This document shows, piece after piece, positions 19,911 through 29,174 of a stretch of 64,000 nucleotides of DNA. The translations under genes and the position numbers were made by a program. Positions within the stretch are counted from its first letter, which is position 1, and every line of letters starts with the position of its first letter. The DNA comes from a bacterium (lineage in GTDB: Bacteria; Patescibacteriota; Patescibacteriia; Veblenbacterales; UBA10138), in assembly GCA_020057885.1 (NCBI GenBank), contig JAGVEX010000015.1:55862-119861 (forward strand), written 5' to 3'. Under the pieces are notes generated by a model. The model worked only from the letters and a program-made list of their open reading frames with translations, did not search any database and was not told the origin of the DNA.

Positions 19911-21149
19911 TTAAGATAACTTACTAAAAATTTGATCTAGCATAAGTTTAACCCTTTTATCCCAAGTATGCTGTTCCATAAACGATTGACGTTTAGCTAT
20001 ATCTGTTTCAGAATTTTCTGTTAGGGCCTTGAGTAATTCCTTATTGAATTTTTCCGGAGTATCAGCAGTGTGTATAATTTTGCCAAAATCTTCCAAACCA
20101 ACACTTGGCGTAACCACCACCGGCTTACCCATGGCTAAATATTCATAAAGTTTCATTGAATTAGTGTGGCGATTAAATTCATTGTGTAAATTCGGTATAA
20201 TTGACACATTAAATTCACGTATATAAGCTAAAACTTCATTAAATGGGATTCTACCCAACAGGTGAACATTGGGTAAAGAACGCAATTTTTGATCAACTGC
20301 AAATTTAATACCCGGCCACACTGGTCCGATTAAAACAAATGATTTGGTAGGGTTTAATTTGGCTAAATATTGTAATAAATCGACATCAATTCTATCTTCC
20401 TGCAAAGTGCCTACATACCCAATAATAGGTCGGGGCAGGCTTGCAATATCGCGACCAACCAATTTAGGAGTGTTAGCAATATGTTCCAAACTGATACCAT
20501 TAGGAACAAAAGTACAATAATCCGAACGATCAAAAAATTTCACCAAATCCGGCGAGGTGGTAAAAATTAAATCAGCTTTGTAGCGCATTGTTTGATAATT
20601 CAACTTTAAACGATCTTTAATTTTTGTGTAACTGGAATGCTCCAGCCAATTATCAACCGCGTCGAAAACTGATAATTTTTCATTAAACTTTCCCAAGTAA
20701 CCGACGAAAGTGGGTGTATAAGACCACAACACTATATTTTTCAAATCGAGACGTTTAAGATCGTGTTTTAATCTTTGGTAGACGCTTTGCTCCGACCACA
20801 CTGAGCCAATATCGGAATAATTAAAAAGTTTAAAAGGAATGGCTGAAGGATCTACGCCTTCTAATTTATAACCAGTACGCTCTATTTCAGACTCACGCAC
20901 GGCAACTAATTTATGAGTAATGCCTTGTGAAATAACTTTACCCTGCACACCATGCATTCTGTTTTGCCACCATTGCCTCATGGCCCGTTTCCAAGTGAAC
21001 GGCAAATAATCAACCATTACTATTTTACGCACTCTGTCATCTTTTAATAAAGTGTGTAAAATATGAAAATTACGATTAGAAATTCCTGCCTGCCACTCTG
21101 TGTAGCAAGACATATTAAACATTACAATATCAATTTTTTCCGTAAACAT
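19911..21149 (-). CDS. Glycosyltransferase, GT4-like (TuaH-like)
   Basis: FDAVDNW, VPNG, KLYEYLAMGKPVV. Confidence 0.88.
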   Translation of the reverse strand: MFTEKIDIVMFNMSCYTEWQAGISNRNFHILHTLLKDDRVRKIVMVDYLPFTWKRAMRQWWQNRMHGVQGKVISQGITHKLVAVRESEIERTGYKLEGVDPSAIPFKLFNYSDIGSVWSEQSVYQRLKHDLKRLDLKNIVLWSYTPTFVGYLGKFNEKLSVFDAVDNWLEHSSYTKIKDRLKLNYQTMRYKADLIFTTSPDLVKFFDRSDYCTFVPNGISLEHIANTPKLVGRDIASLPRPIIGYVGTLQEDRIDVDLLQYLAKLNPTKSFVLIGPVWPGIKFAVDQKLRSLPNVHLLGRIPFNEVLAYIREFNVSIIPNLHNEFNRHTNSMKLYEYLAMGKPVVVTPSVGLEDFGKIIHTADTPEKFNKELLKALTENSETDIAKRQSFMEQHTWDKRVKLMLDQIFSKLS

Positions 21150-21152
21150 AAA

Positions 21153-22226
21153 TTAAAATTTATCCAAAAAATTTTTTAATCTTAAAGCCTGCTTCTTCCA
21201 GTTAAAATTATCTATGCCCTCTTGGCCATTCTTACCCAATAACAATCTTTGCGATTCATCATCTAATAATTGACGCATTTTAAACAATAATTCGCCATTA
21301 TTAACTAAAACGCCCCCCACGCCTACTGCTTCTGGAACACCACCAACGCGACTCGCAATAATTGGCTTGCCTGCACGTCTAGCCTCCAAATAAACAATCC
21401 CGAAACCTTCAACATCCACTGTTTCATTTTTTGGCGCTAGCACAAAAATATCACATATATCATACCAAGCAGACAATTCATTGTCATCAACCTCACTTGT
21501 AAAAATAACATTGCAATTCAAACTTTTGGCTTGTTCCTCTAAATTATTCTTTTCCGGACCATCTCCCACTACTACATAAATTAAATTAGAAAACTCGCGC
21601 TGCAGTTGTGGCAAAACTTTTAAAACATCGTCAATCCCTTTTCTTTTAACCAAACGGCTCACAGAAAGTAAAACTAATTTATTTACCAAGTTATAGCGCT
21701 GACGCAAAACTTGCACATCATTACTCAAAGCTGGTTTAAGATTGGAACATGGATATACAACTAACAAATGAGGTTTGTCAGCGCCAGCTTTAATGGCTAA
21801 AGATTTTGTAAATTCACTATTTACCACCACTAAAGTGGCATATTTTAAAATTATTCGCGCCAGCCAGCTCTGCTTTTTATTCGTCTGTGTTAGGGCAATA
21901 TCCAAACCGTGTAAAAAAACAATATATCGCCAACCAAAGGCCAAGCGCATCAATAGCAAAGCTGTGCCAATCGGCAATATTTGTCCTGCACCCAAAAAAC
22001 GCGCCTTGGTTTTAAATTTTAAATAAGGCACTAGCCACAAAAGCGGCAACCAGTGTGGCCAGGCTGACCAATACCAAGATTTTCTAATAACATTTTTTTT
22101 GTCCTCACCATTAACGCAAGTAAAAACCGTAACGTCGTTTAGCTCATCTGCTAAAGCACTATAATACCTTGCCACACCGCCTTTGAGCGGAAAAAAATCT
22201 TCAGTAATCAACAACAGCTTGCTCAT
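21153..22226 (-). CDS. Glycosyltransferase family 4 (PimB-like)
   Basis: DFFP..GG, RLVKRKG, EGFGIVYLEA. Confidence 0.92.
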   Translation of the reverse strand: MSKLLLITEDFFPLKGGVARYYSALADELNDVTVFTCVNGEDKKNVIRKSWYWSAWPHWLPLLWLVPYLKFKTKARFLGAGQILPIGTALLLMRLAFGWRYIVFLHGLDIALTQTNKKQSWLARIILKYATLVVVNSEFTKSLAIKAGADKPHLLVVYPCSNLKPALSNDVQVLRQRYNLVNKLVLLSVSRLVKRKGIDDVLKVLPQLQREFSNLIYVVVGDGPEKNNLEEQAKSLNCNVIFTSEVDDNELSAWYDICDIFVLAPKNETVDVEGFGIVYLEARRAGKPIIASRVGGVPEAVGVGGVLVNNGELLFKMRQLLDDESQRLLLGKNGQEGIDNFNWKKQALRLKNFLDKF

Positions 22227-23671
22227 ACAATTTGGCGTTTGAGTAAAACTTTAAACAAGGTTAATATTTCAACCCAAGTTACTCCTTTAAAATAAACTAA
22301 ACAAACTGCGTAGACTAATCCAGCTAATGGTATAACCAATGTAAAATGTAAAATATTTTTAAATACCATAGCCACAAAAAGCATTATCAATCCAGCCAAT
22401 ATAATTCGAAGTAATCTTGCGGTGAGCCATTTTTTATTGTAAACAACTAGCTTGCGCGCCACCATCCAACCAAGAATAAATAATACCAAGGTGCTTAAAA
22501 AAGAAGCTATGGCGGCGCCAAGGGGGCCTATTTTGGGTATTAACAACAAATTAAAAACTATGCTCGAGGTAGCGGCTAAGGCTAAATTAAGGGTGTTTCT
22601 TTTTTGTCGATTACAAGCCGGTAAAAGTGCGCCTACCGGAAAAGAAATAAAAACAAAAGGCAAACTTAACATTAAAATAATTAAAGGCCAAATTGATTCT
22701 GTATATGCCGGATAAATAGAATGAATAATGTTTGGTGTAAGCGAAGCTATGCCAAAAGAAACCGGTACAGCAATGGCGGTTAAATAAACTATGCCGCGGG
22801 CAAAAGTTTCACCAAGCTTTTGTGGCTCTTTACCAAAATAAGCGCTAAAACCAGGAAACAATGAAGCGGAAAAAGCAGTAGGAATAAATTGCAGAGCAAA
22901 AGTAATTTTATAAGCCACGCTATAAATACCAACTGCCCTATCTCCCGAAAGTAAAGAAAGAAAAACTGTGTCTATATAGCCATAAACTCGCGTCAAAATA
23001 GCCGCTACGGTAAAGGGCCAAGCAATAATAAAAAGCGCACGCCAGCCTTGCCAATTTAAAATTGGTTTAATGTGTAACTGAAAACGCCATTTTAACTGCC
23101 AAAGCGCGTAAACAAAATTAACCAAAGCTCCGAATATTAAAGCTCCCATAAAAAACCTCAGATCGTGGGTAAAATGCGCTACCGTAAATCCAGCCGCCGC
23201 TACTGCTGTTTGAAAAACAATTGTGCCTATGCTTTCCCATGATAAATTTTGAAAGCCACGAATGGTAGCATAGGTTGATAGCACAAAAGAATCCAACAGC
23301 ATTACTATGCTTGCCAAATAAACCAACTGACGCGTAATTTCTGGATAACCTAAAAGGTTAATAGTTAAAGCAACTAAGCCTATTACCATTAAACCAACTA
23401 CGGCCTTAAAGCCAAAAACTAATCGTACATATCTTTCGGCGATTGACTTATCGCGCGCCACTTCACGAGTTAAAACTGGCGCCAAACCAAGATCCAATAA
23501 AACAGAAAATATGGTGGTAAGTGAAAGTGCAAAAACATATTTTCCGATGTTAGTAGGGCCTAAAGTACGCGCTAAAAAGGTGAAATACAAAAACGAGATC
23601 ACCTTTTGGGCGACCAAGGCAAAAGTGAAATAACTGGTGTTTCGTGCAAGCACAGCAGGCTCCGCGGACAT
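22223..23671 (-). CDS. Wzx-type oligosaccharide flippase
   Basis: MOP-family pattern (ARTLGP..GKY, DLGL, VGIYSVA), about 14 TM. Confidence 0.9.
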   Translation of the reverse strand: MSAEPAVLARNTSYFTFALVAQKVISFLYFTFLARTLGPTNIGKYVFALSLTTIFSVLLDLGLAPVLTREVARDKSIAERYVRLVFGFKAVVGLMVIGLVALTINLLGYPEITRQLVYLASIVMLLDSFVLSTYATIRGFQNLSWESIGTIVFQTAVAAAGFTVAHFTHDLRFFMGALIFGALVNFVYALWQLKWRFQLHIKPILNWQGWRALFIIAWPFTVAAILTRVYGYIDTVFLSLLSGDRAVGIYSVAYKITFALQFIPTAFSASLFPGFSAYFGKEPQKLGETFARGIVYLTAIAVPVSFGIASLTPNIIHSIYPAYTESIWPLIILMLSLPFVFISFPVGALLPACNRQKRNTLNLALAATSSIVFNLLLIPKIGPLGAAIASFLSTLVLFILGWMVARKLVVYNKKWLTARLLRIILAGLIMLFVAMVFKNILHFTLVIPLAGLVYAVCLVYFKGVTWVEILTLFKVLLKRQIV

Positions 23672-23723
23672 AGTATTATTATAAATAAAAAATGGTTAAA
23701 AATCAACCATTATAATCAATAAA

Positions 23724-24131
23724 CTATACTACAAACAACTCTTTAATTTTTTGAGCCACTTCAGTTGGAACAAAATTATGCTGCGATAATTTACCAAGTT
23801 CTATCCACTCTAAAATATATATGTTATTTGGTGTTGCGCGTAATTTTTCTTCACCAACTATTGCCAAATTACCGGTGGTATTTTTAACTAAAAAGCATAT
23901 TGACTTGTTATAGCCTCCAATATTATCTAAAGTAAATATCTCTCTTATGTTATTTATTTTTAAATTTAATTCTTCCTTCACTTCTCTTATAAGAGCTTCC
24001 TCTGGCGTCTCATTGTCTTCAATTGCTCCACCAGGTAGTACGTAATAATTCTTACCATCACGCAGACGATTAATTAACAAAATTTTTTCATCTACAATAA
24101 TTACGGCTGATACTCTAATATTTGTTCTCAT
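23724..24131 (-). CDS. Nudix hydrolase
   Basis: PGGAIEDNETPEEALIREVKEEL Nudix box. Confidence 0.9.
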   Translation of the reverse strand: MRTNIRVSAVIIVDEKILLINRLRDGKNYYVLPGGAIEDNETPEEALIREVKEELNLKINNIREIFTLDNIGGYNKSICFLVKNTTGNLAIVGEEKLRATPNNIYILEWIELGKLSQHNFVPTEVAQKIKELFVV

Positions 24132-24148
24132 ATTCTATAACTATAACA

Positions 24149-24180
24149 CAAAATCCACGCCCTAGGGCGTGGATTTTTTT
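24149..24180 (-). terminator. Terminator of the ribosomal operon
   Basis: aaatccacgccc/gggcgtggattt stem right after the rpsI stop. Confidence 0.75.
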
Positions 24181-24186
24181 TAAATA

Positions 24187-24744
24187 TTAACGTTTGCTGA
24201 ATTGCGGGGCGCGGCGGGCTTTTTTAAGGCCATACTTTTTGCGCTCCTTAACACGTGAATCGCGGGTTAAAAATCCAGCGGTGCGGAGATTTTTGCGAAG
24301 TTCTTCGTCAAGAATCAAAATAGCGCGAGCAATACCATGCCTTACCGCCTCAGCTTGACCCGTTTTACCACCACCAGACACCTTTACGCGTATATCAACT
24401 TTTGTATCTAACCCAACTAACTTTAACGGTTGCATTACTATTAATTGATAATCGTATGTTGAAAAATATTTTTGAAATTCCAAATTATTAATAGTAATTT
24501 GTCCACTACCTTTAGCATAAAGCCTAACACGCGCCACAGCTTCTTTGCGTCTGCCAACAGTGGCTATAAAATCATAAGAGGTCTTTGGCAAAACTTTTTC
24601 GCCAGTCTCTTTGGGTTTTACAGCATGAGAAACATGGTGCTCAATTTTTGTCTTGGGTACAGTGGGTATTTTTTTTACCACAGGCTTAACAGTCTTTTTA
24701 GGCACTGTTTTTGTAACAGTTTTTTTAATAGCAGTAGTTGTCAT
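24187..24744 (-). CDS. rpsI: 30S protein S9 with Lys-rich N-terminal extension
   Basis: [37 protein letters not shown]. Confidence 0.97.
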   Translation of the reverse strand: MTTTAIKKTVTKTVPKKTVKPVVKKIPTVPKTKIEHHVSHAVKPKETGEKVLPKTSYDFIATVGRRKEAVARVRLYAKGSGQITINNLEFQKYFSTYDYQLIVMQPLKLVGLDTKVDIRVKVSGGGKTGQAEAVRHGIARAILILDEELRKNLRTAGFLTRDSRVKERKKYGLKKARRAPQFSKR

Positions 24745-24747
24745 ACT

Positions 24748-25125
24748 TTAAACTTCTCCTCTACGGTAAATTTTAAGATTACGCAAAAAACGAGAATTTA
24801 AACGATTTTTAGGTAGCATTCCTCGTATTGAACGACGCACCAACCTAACTGGGTCTTTAGTAAACTCCTGCTGCAAAGTAGAAGTTTTCATACCACCCGG
24901 ATAACCACTGTAATGATGGTAAGTTTTAACTTCTAATTTTGTACCTGTAAAAAGCAACTGTTCGATATTGATAATAAAAACCTGCACATTAGGAACAATG
25001 TTAGGCGCAAAAGTAACTAAATTTTTACCACGCAATACATTAGCCGCTTGTGTGGCCACGCGACCCAAGCTTTTGCCAGCGGCATCAATTACTACTTTTG
25101 TCATTTTAACTTCTTTCTTAGACAT
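24748..25125 (-). CDS. rplM: 50S protein L13 (short form; start uncertain)
   Basis: IDAAGKSLGR, HSGYPGG, GMLPKN. Confidence 0.93.
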   Translation of the reverse strand: MSKKEVKMTKVVIDAAGKSLGRVATQAANVLRGKNLVTFAPNIVPNVQVFIINIEQLLFTGTKLEVKTYHHYSGYPGGMKTSTLQQEFTKDPVRLVRRSIRGMLPKNRLNSRFLRNLKIYRRGEV

Positions 25126-25129
25126 AAAT

Positions 25130-25480
25130 TTAGATAAATTCAATTTGTACCATAGCCGCTCTATCGCCCTGGCGAGAAGCTAATTTGGTAATTCTAGTAT
25201 AACCACCTGCTCTTTTTACATAACGAGGTCCCAACACCTCCAATAACTTACGCACAGAGCCTTCAGTCGGCAAGCGCCTTATTAACAAACGGCGATTAGC
25301 CAGGCTAGGATTTTTAGCTATTGTAACTAAACGCTCAACATAAGAACGAATCACCCGCGCTTTAGCATTGGTGGTTTTTACTTTTTCATAAAGCACTAAA
25401 CTCTGCGCCAAATTTTTAATAAGGGCGCGGCGTGGACCAACTTTACGATCTAAAATTTTACCTGACTTACGATGTCTCAT
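25130..25480 (-). CDS. rplQ: 50S protein L17
   Basis: MRHRK, TTNAKA, GGYTRI. Confidence 0.97.
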   Translation of the reverse strand: MRHRKSGKILDRKVGPRRALIKNLAQSLVLYEKVKTTNAKARVIRSYVERLVTIAKNPSLANRRLLIRRLPTEGSVRKLLEVLGPRYVKRAGGYTRITKLASRQGDRAAMVQIEFI

Positions 25481-25513
25481 AAAAACTAATAACTATAAAC
25501 TTAAAATTAATTA

Positions 25514-26305
25514 TTATTCCTTTTTGGGACGGCCTCGTTTCTTAGTTGGCTTAGCCTCCGGCTCAGCCTCAGACTCGTCTTCATTTTTAACTTCTACTTC
25601 TTGCTCTTGTGCGGATACCAGTTTCTGACCAACCACAACCATAAAATGATCTATTAAAATTTGGCTAGCTTGTTTAACAGCATCGAGTGGAGTAATACTG
25701 CCATCGGTAGTAACGTCCAAACTAAGCTTGTCATAATTTGTCATTTGCCCTACACGCACATTCTCAACGTTATAACCAACGCGACGGCAAGGAGTAAAAA
25801 TAGCATCCACTGCGATAGTGCCAATATCCAATTTACGGCCCTCATGACTTTCTACCGGTACGTATCCCCTGCCCTGTTCGATTGTAAATTCAACTTCTAA
25901 AGAAGCTTTTTTTTCTGTGAGTGTGGCTAAATGCAAATCTTTATTTAAAATTTCTACGTCACTAGTGGCGCTAATATCAGCGGCTGTAACCTCACGTTCA
26001 CCTGTAGCTTTAAGATTAACTTTGACTGGTTCGGCTGAATAACTTTTAAAACGAAGTTGTTTAACATTAAGCAAAAAATCCACCATATCCTCTTTCATAC
26101 CAACCAATGAGGAAAATTCATGATCAACGCCAATAATCTTAACAGCTGTAACTGCCGCGCCTGGCAAAGAAGATAATAACACGCGCCTTAGAGCATTACC
26201 CAAGGTAGTACCATAACCAGGATAACACGGCTCAATAACAATACGCGCTTGGTTGGTATCCAATTTTTCACTAGTAACATGTTGGGGAAGTGATAATGCC
26301 TCCAT
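25514..26305 (-). CDS. rpoA: RNA polymerase alpha subunit, NTD only
   Basis: EPCYPGYGTTLGNALRRVLL, HEFS, RVGQ; ends at about 263 aa. Confidence 0.95.
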   Translation of the reverse strand: MEALSLPQHVTSEKLDTNQARIVIEPCYPGYGTTLGNALRRVLLSSLPGAAVTAVKIIGVDHEFSSLVGMKEDMVDFLLNVKQLRFKSYSAEPVKVNLKATGEREVTAADISATSDVEILNKDLHLATLTEKKASLEVEFTIEQGRGYVPVESHEGRKLDIGTIAVDAIFTPCRRVGYNVENVRVGQMTNYDKLSLDVTTDGSITPLDAVKQASQILIDHFMVVVGQKLVSAQEQEVEVKNEDESEAEPEAKPTKKRGRPKKE

Positions 26306-26332
26306 AAATTTATATGTTAAAAAGTACAAAAA

Positions 26333-26947
26333 TTAACGAGAGTAGAATTCTACTATTAATTTAATATCAAATGGCGGCTTAATTTGTTCAACATTTGGTA
26401 AGCCCACTAATTTAGCCATAAATTCCTTGGGATCAATTACCAACCAATCATAAACTACCGGCTGTTTACCCCAAGATTTAACCAAATTAATAAAATATGC
26501 TTTTTTAGCACTAATAGGATCAACACTAATAGTTTGACCAACTTTTACCGTATAAGATGATATATCAACCTTGCGCCCATTAACAAAAATATGGCCATGG
26601 TTAACCAGTTGGCGTGCGCCTTGGCGAGTTTTACTTAAACCCATACGATACACAATGTTATCGAGTCTGGTCTCAAGTAATTGTAATAACAGTACGTCGG
26701 TAGCGCCTTTTTTATTTATAGCCATTTCATAATAACGACGGAATTGACGCTCTAATATGCCATAAATCCAACGCGCCTTTTGCTTTTCTCGCAACTGCAA
26801 ACCGAATACTGTCAATTTGCCGCGCCCCTTAATACCATGAACACCTGGCGGATAATTGCGCTTAACTACTGGACACTTGTCAGTAGTACACATGCGCTCA
26901 CCTACGCGGCGGCACAAACGATGTTTAGGACCTATATGTCTTCCCAT
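26333..26947 (-). CDS. rpsD: 30S protein S4
   Basis: LREKQK, LETRLDN, RQLVNHGH, VEFYSR. Confidence 0.97.
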   Translation of the reverse strand: MGRHIGPKHRLCRRVGERMCTTDKCPVVKRNYPPGVHGIKGRGKLTVFGLQLREKQKARWIYGILERQFRRYYEMAINKKGATDVLLLQLLETRLDNIVYRMGLSKTRQGARQLVNHGHIFVNGRKVDISSYTVKVGQTISVDPISAKKAYFINLVKSWGKQPVVYDWLVIDPKEFMAKLVGLPNVEQIKPPFDIKLIVEFYSR

Positions 26948-26973
26948 AAAAAATTAACAAAAATTCAAATTAA

Positions 26974-27444
26974 CTATACGCGGCGCGGACGACGAGGTCG
27001 GCAACCGTTATGTGGTATAGGGGTTATATCTTTAATAGACAATACATTAAAACCATTAGCATAGAGCGCGCGAATAGCGGCCTCGCGTCCCACACCAACT
27101 CCTTTAACAAAAATATCTACATCTTTAACTCCAAAGTCATTAATTTTTTCTGCAATTGTGCGTACTACTACACCAGCGGCATAAGGAGTAGATTTTTTAG
27201 GACCCTTAAAACCAACTTTACCTGTTGAACAAGAAACTAAAGTATTACCACCTTGGTCAGTTACAGTAACAATTGTATTGTTGTACGTCGCTAAAATGTG
27301 GGCTTGAGCGCGCGTAACCTGCCTCTTTTTTTTAGCACGACGACGCGGAGCAGATACAGTAGCAGACTTTTCGCTATCAGTAACTGCTGGGGTTGCCTCC
27401 ACCGGCGCGGTTGATTCTTTTTTAGTTACTTTTTCAGTTGGCAT
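26974..27444 (-). CDS. rpsK: 30S protein S11 with N-terminal extension
   Basis: YNNTIV, KSTPYAA, DITPIPHNGCR. Confidence 0.97.
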   Translation of the reverse strand: MPTEKVTKKESTAPVEATPAVTDSEKSATVSAPRRRAKKKRQVTRAQAHILATYNNTIVTVTDQGGNTLVSCSTGKVGFKGPKKSTPYAAGVVVRTIAEKINDFGVKDVDIFVKGVGVGREAAIRALYANGFNVLSIKDITPIPHNGCRPRRPRRV

Positions 27445-27499
27445 AAAATTAGTTCAAAATTCCTAATAAACAACTAATAACTATAAATTAAAAAATTAA

Positions 27500-27889
27500 T
27501 TAAGTCTTTTGTGCGGATGGTTTACGGCCACTTCCCATTGTTCGACGCACATTGCCACGTACCGTACGAGAATTAGTTTTAGTTCTCTGACCTCTTGCTG
27601 GTAAATGTCTAGAGTGACGCGTGCCTCGATAAGCGCCAATTTCTTTTAGACGCTTAATATTCATCATTACCTCACGGCGTAAATCACCCTCTACTTTAAA
27701 GCTTTTTTCAATAAAATCTCTTAAACGAGCAACTTGTTCTTCGGTAAGATCTTCGGTGCGAGTATTAAAATCTATTTTAGTGTCAGTAAGAATTTTTTGT
27801 GATAATGGCAAACCAATACCATAAAGATAAGTAAGAGCGTATTCAATACGCTTGCCTTTTGGTAAATTAACTCCAGCTATACGTGCCAT
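27500..27889 (-). CDS. rpsM: 30S protein S13
   Basis: [15 protein letters not shown]. Confidence 0.97.
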   Translation of the reverse strand: MARIAGVNLPKGKRIEYALTYLYGIGLPLSQKILTDTKIDFNTRTEDLTEEQVARLRDFIEKSFKVEGDLRREVMMNIKRLKEIGAYRGTRHSRHLPARGQRTKTNSRTVRGNVRRTMGSGRKPSAQKT

Positions 27890-27914
27890 AAAAAATTAAA
27901 TAAATTCCAAATAA

Positions 27915-28028
27915 TTAACCTTGGCGCTGTTTATGCTTAGGATTACTGCAAATCACAACTAACCGCTTCTTACGGCGTACCACATGACATTTTGAACAAA
28001 TCTTTTTTACTGAAGCTCTAACTTTCAT
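27915..28028 (-). CDS. rpmJ: 50S protein L36 (absent from ORF track)
   Basis: Hand translation [37 protein letters not shown]. Confidence 0.97.
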   Translation of the reverse strand: MKVRASVKKICSKCHVVRRKKRLVVICSNPKHKQRQG

Positions 28029-28051
28029 AGAATTAGTTTCTGATTCTAAAA

Positions 28052-28309
28052 TTAAAATCTATAAACTATCCGCCCTTTAGTTAAATCATAAGGGGTCATT
28101 TCTATTTTTACCCTATCTCCCGGGATAAGTCTTATTTTAAACAAACGCATTTTACCTGATAAGTGAGCTAGAATTTCGTGGCCATTATCAAGCTTAACAT
28201 GAAAAGTAGCCGAAGGCAGGAGTTCTTCTATTACCCCCTCAACCTCCAGGAATCCCTTGGGATTTACCTGTATGTTGCTCGCAGATGAAACTTCTTTAAT
28301 ATCAGACAT
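28052..28309 (-). CDS. infA: Translation initiation factor IF-1
   Basis: [23 protein letters not shown]. Confidence 0.96.
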   Translation of the reverse strand: MSDIKEVSSASNIQVNPKGFLEVEGVIEELLPSATFHVKLDNGHEILAHLSGKMRLFKIRLIPGDRVKIEMTPYDLTKGRIVYRF

Positions 28310-28468
28310 GTCCTATGGTTTGCCTCTGGAGCTAAAATAAAATTATGCCTAGCCTGAGTTTGTATCTCACGGCCCGACATAACGTCATCTGAGCTTGAGG
28401 CTTCCCCAGAATTAACACGGTCTAACCCGTGTTTAATAATGTTTTGTTAACTGTTAAAACGCTACTCT

Positions 28469-28496
28469 AGTATAGAAGTTTTTCAATTAATGTCAA
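28469..28496 (-). promoter_or_regulatory. Sigma70 promoter of the infA-rpsI operon
   Basis: TTGACA-16nt-TATACT. Confidence 0.6.
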
Positions 28497-29163
28497 GGAT
28501 AATGGTGATAGCAGATGGGTTGGAAGGTGCTTTTTGGCTAATCTTAGCAAAAAAACTAGGGTATAAACTAACTGATACCAAAGCTACCCCCGGCTGATGT
28601 TTAATCCATTCTTCTATATCGGATAATTGTTTTCCAACTAAGCGATTTTCCCAATCTAATAGTGGAAACTGCGGGTAAAATTGAGCTTGCACAGCTGCAT
28701 TTACTGTAAAAGAACGCTCTGAACGATTTTTTATTGGATTCTGCCAGGTAACATTAAATGTACCCGGGCGCATTATTCTATGCTCACCGATTTTTTGATA
28801 TAAAGAATTGTTTATCAATTTATTAACAAATACATCATCAACTAGTAATTTTTTATCATCATCTAAATTGTAAAAACGCCAACCTGACCTAGCAACCTCA
28901 AACTCTTGGCTAGATGAAGTAACAAGTTGGCCAGGAATAACGCCTACGTTAAAATTAGGTTCTTTTAAATCTAAATCTATCTTAATTGGCACACCAATTT
29001 TAACTAATTCAAACTCCGGCTTAACCACCACGCGTACGCGCGGCCAAATCAAAGTGCTTAAACTAACAAGCAATAAAAATACTGCTACTAAAAAAATATA
29101 CAACCAAAATTTGCCACGCTTACTGACAGGCACTGTTTGTATATGAGCCGCATAATCAGTCAT
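28483..29163 (-). CDS. Hypothetical membrane-anchored protein
   Basis: N-terminal TM followed by P.V.V..KP; no confident family. Confidence 0.55.
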   Translation of the reverse strand: MTDYAAHIQTVPVSKRGKFWLYIFLVAVFLLLVSLSTLIWPRVRVVVKPEFELVKIGVPIKIDLDLKEPNFNVGVIPGQLVTSSSQEFEVARSGWRFYNLDDDKKLLVDDVFVNKLINNSLYQKIGEHRIMRPGTFNVTWQNPIKNRSERSFTVNAAVQAQFYPQFPLLDWENRLVGKQLSDIEEWIKHQPGVALVSVSLYPSFFAKISQKAPSNPSAITIILDIN

Positions 29164-29174
29164 GGGATCAAGCT

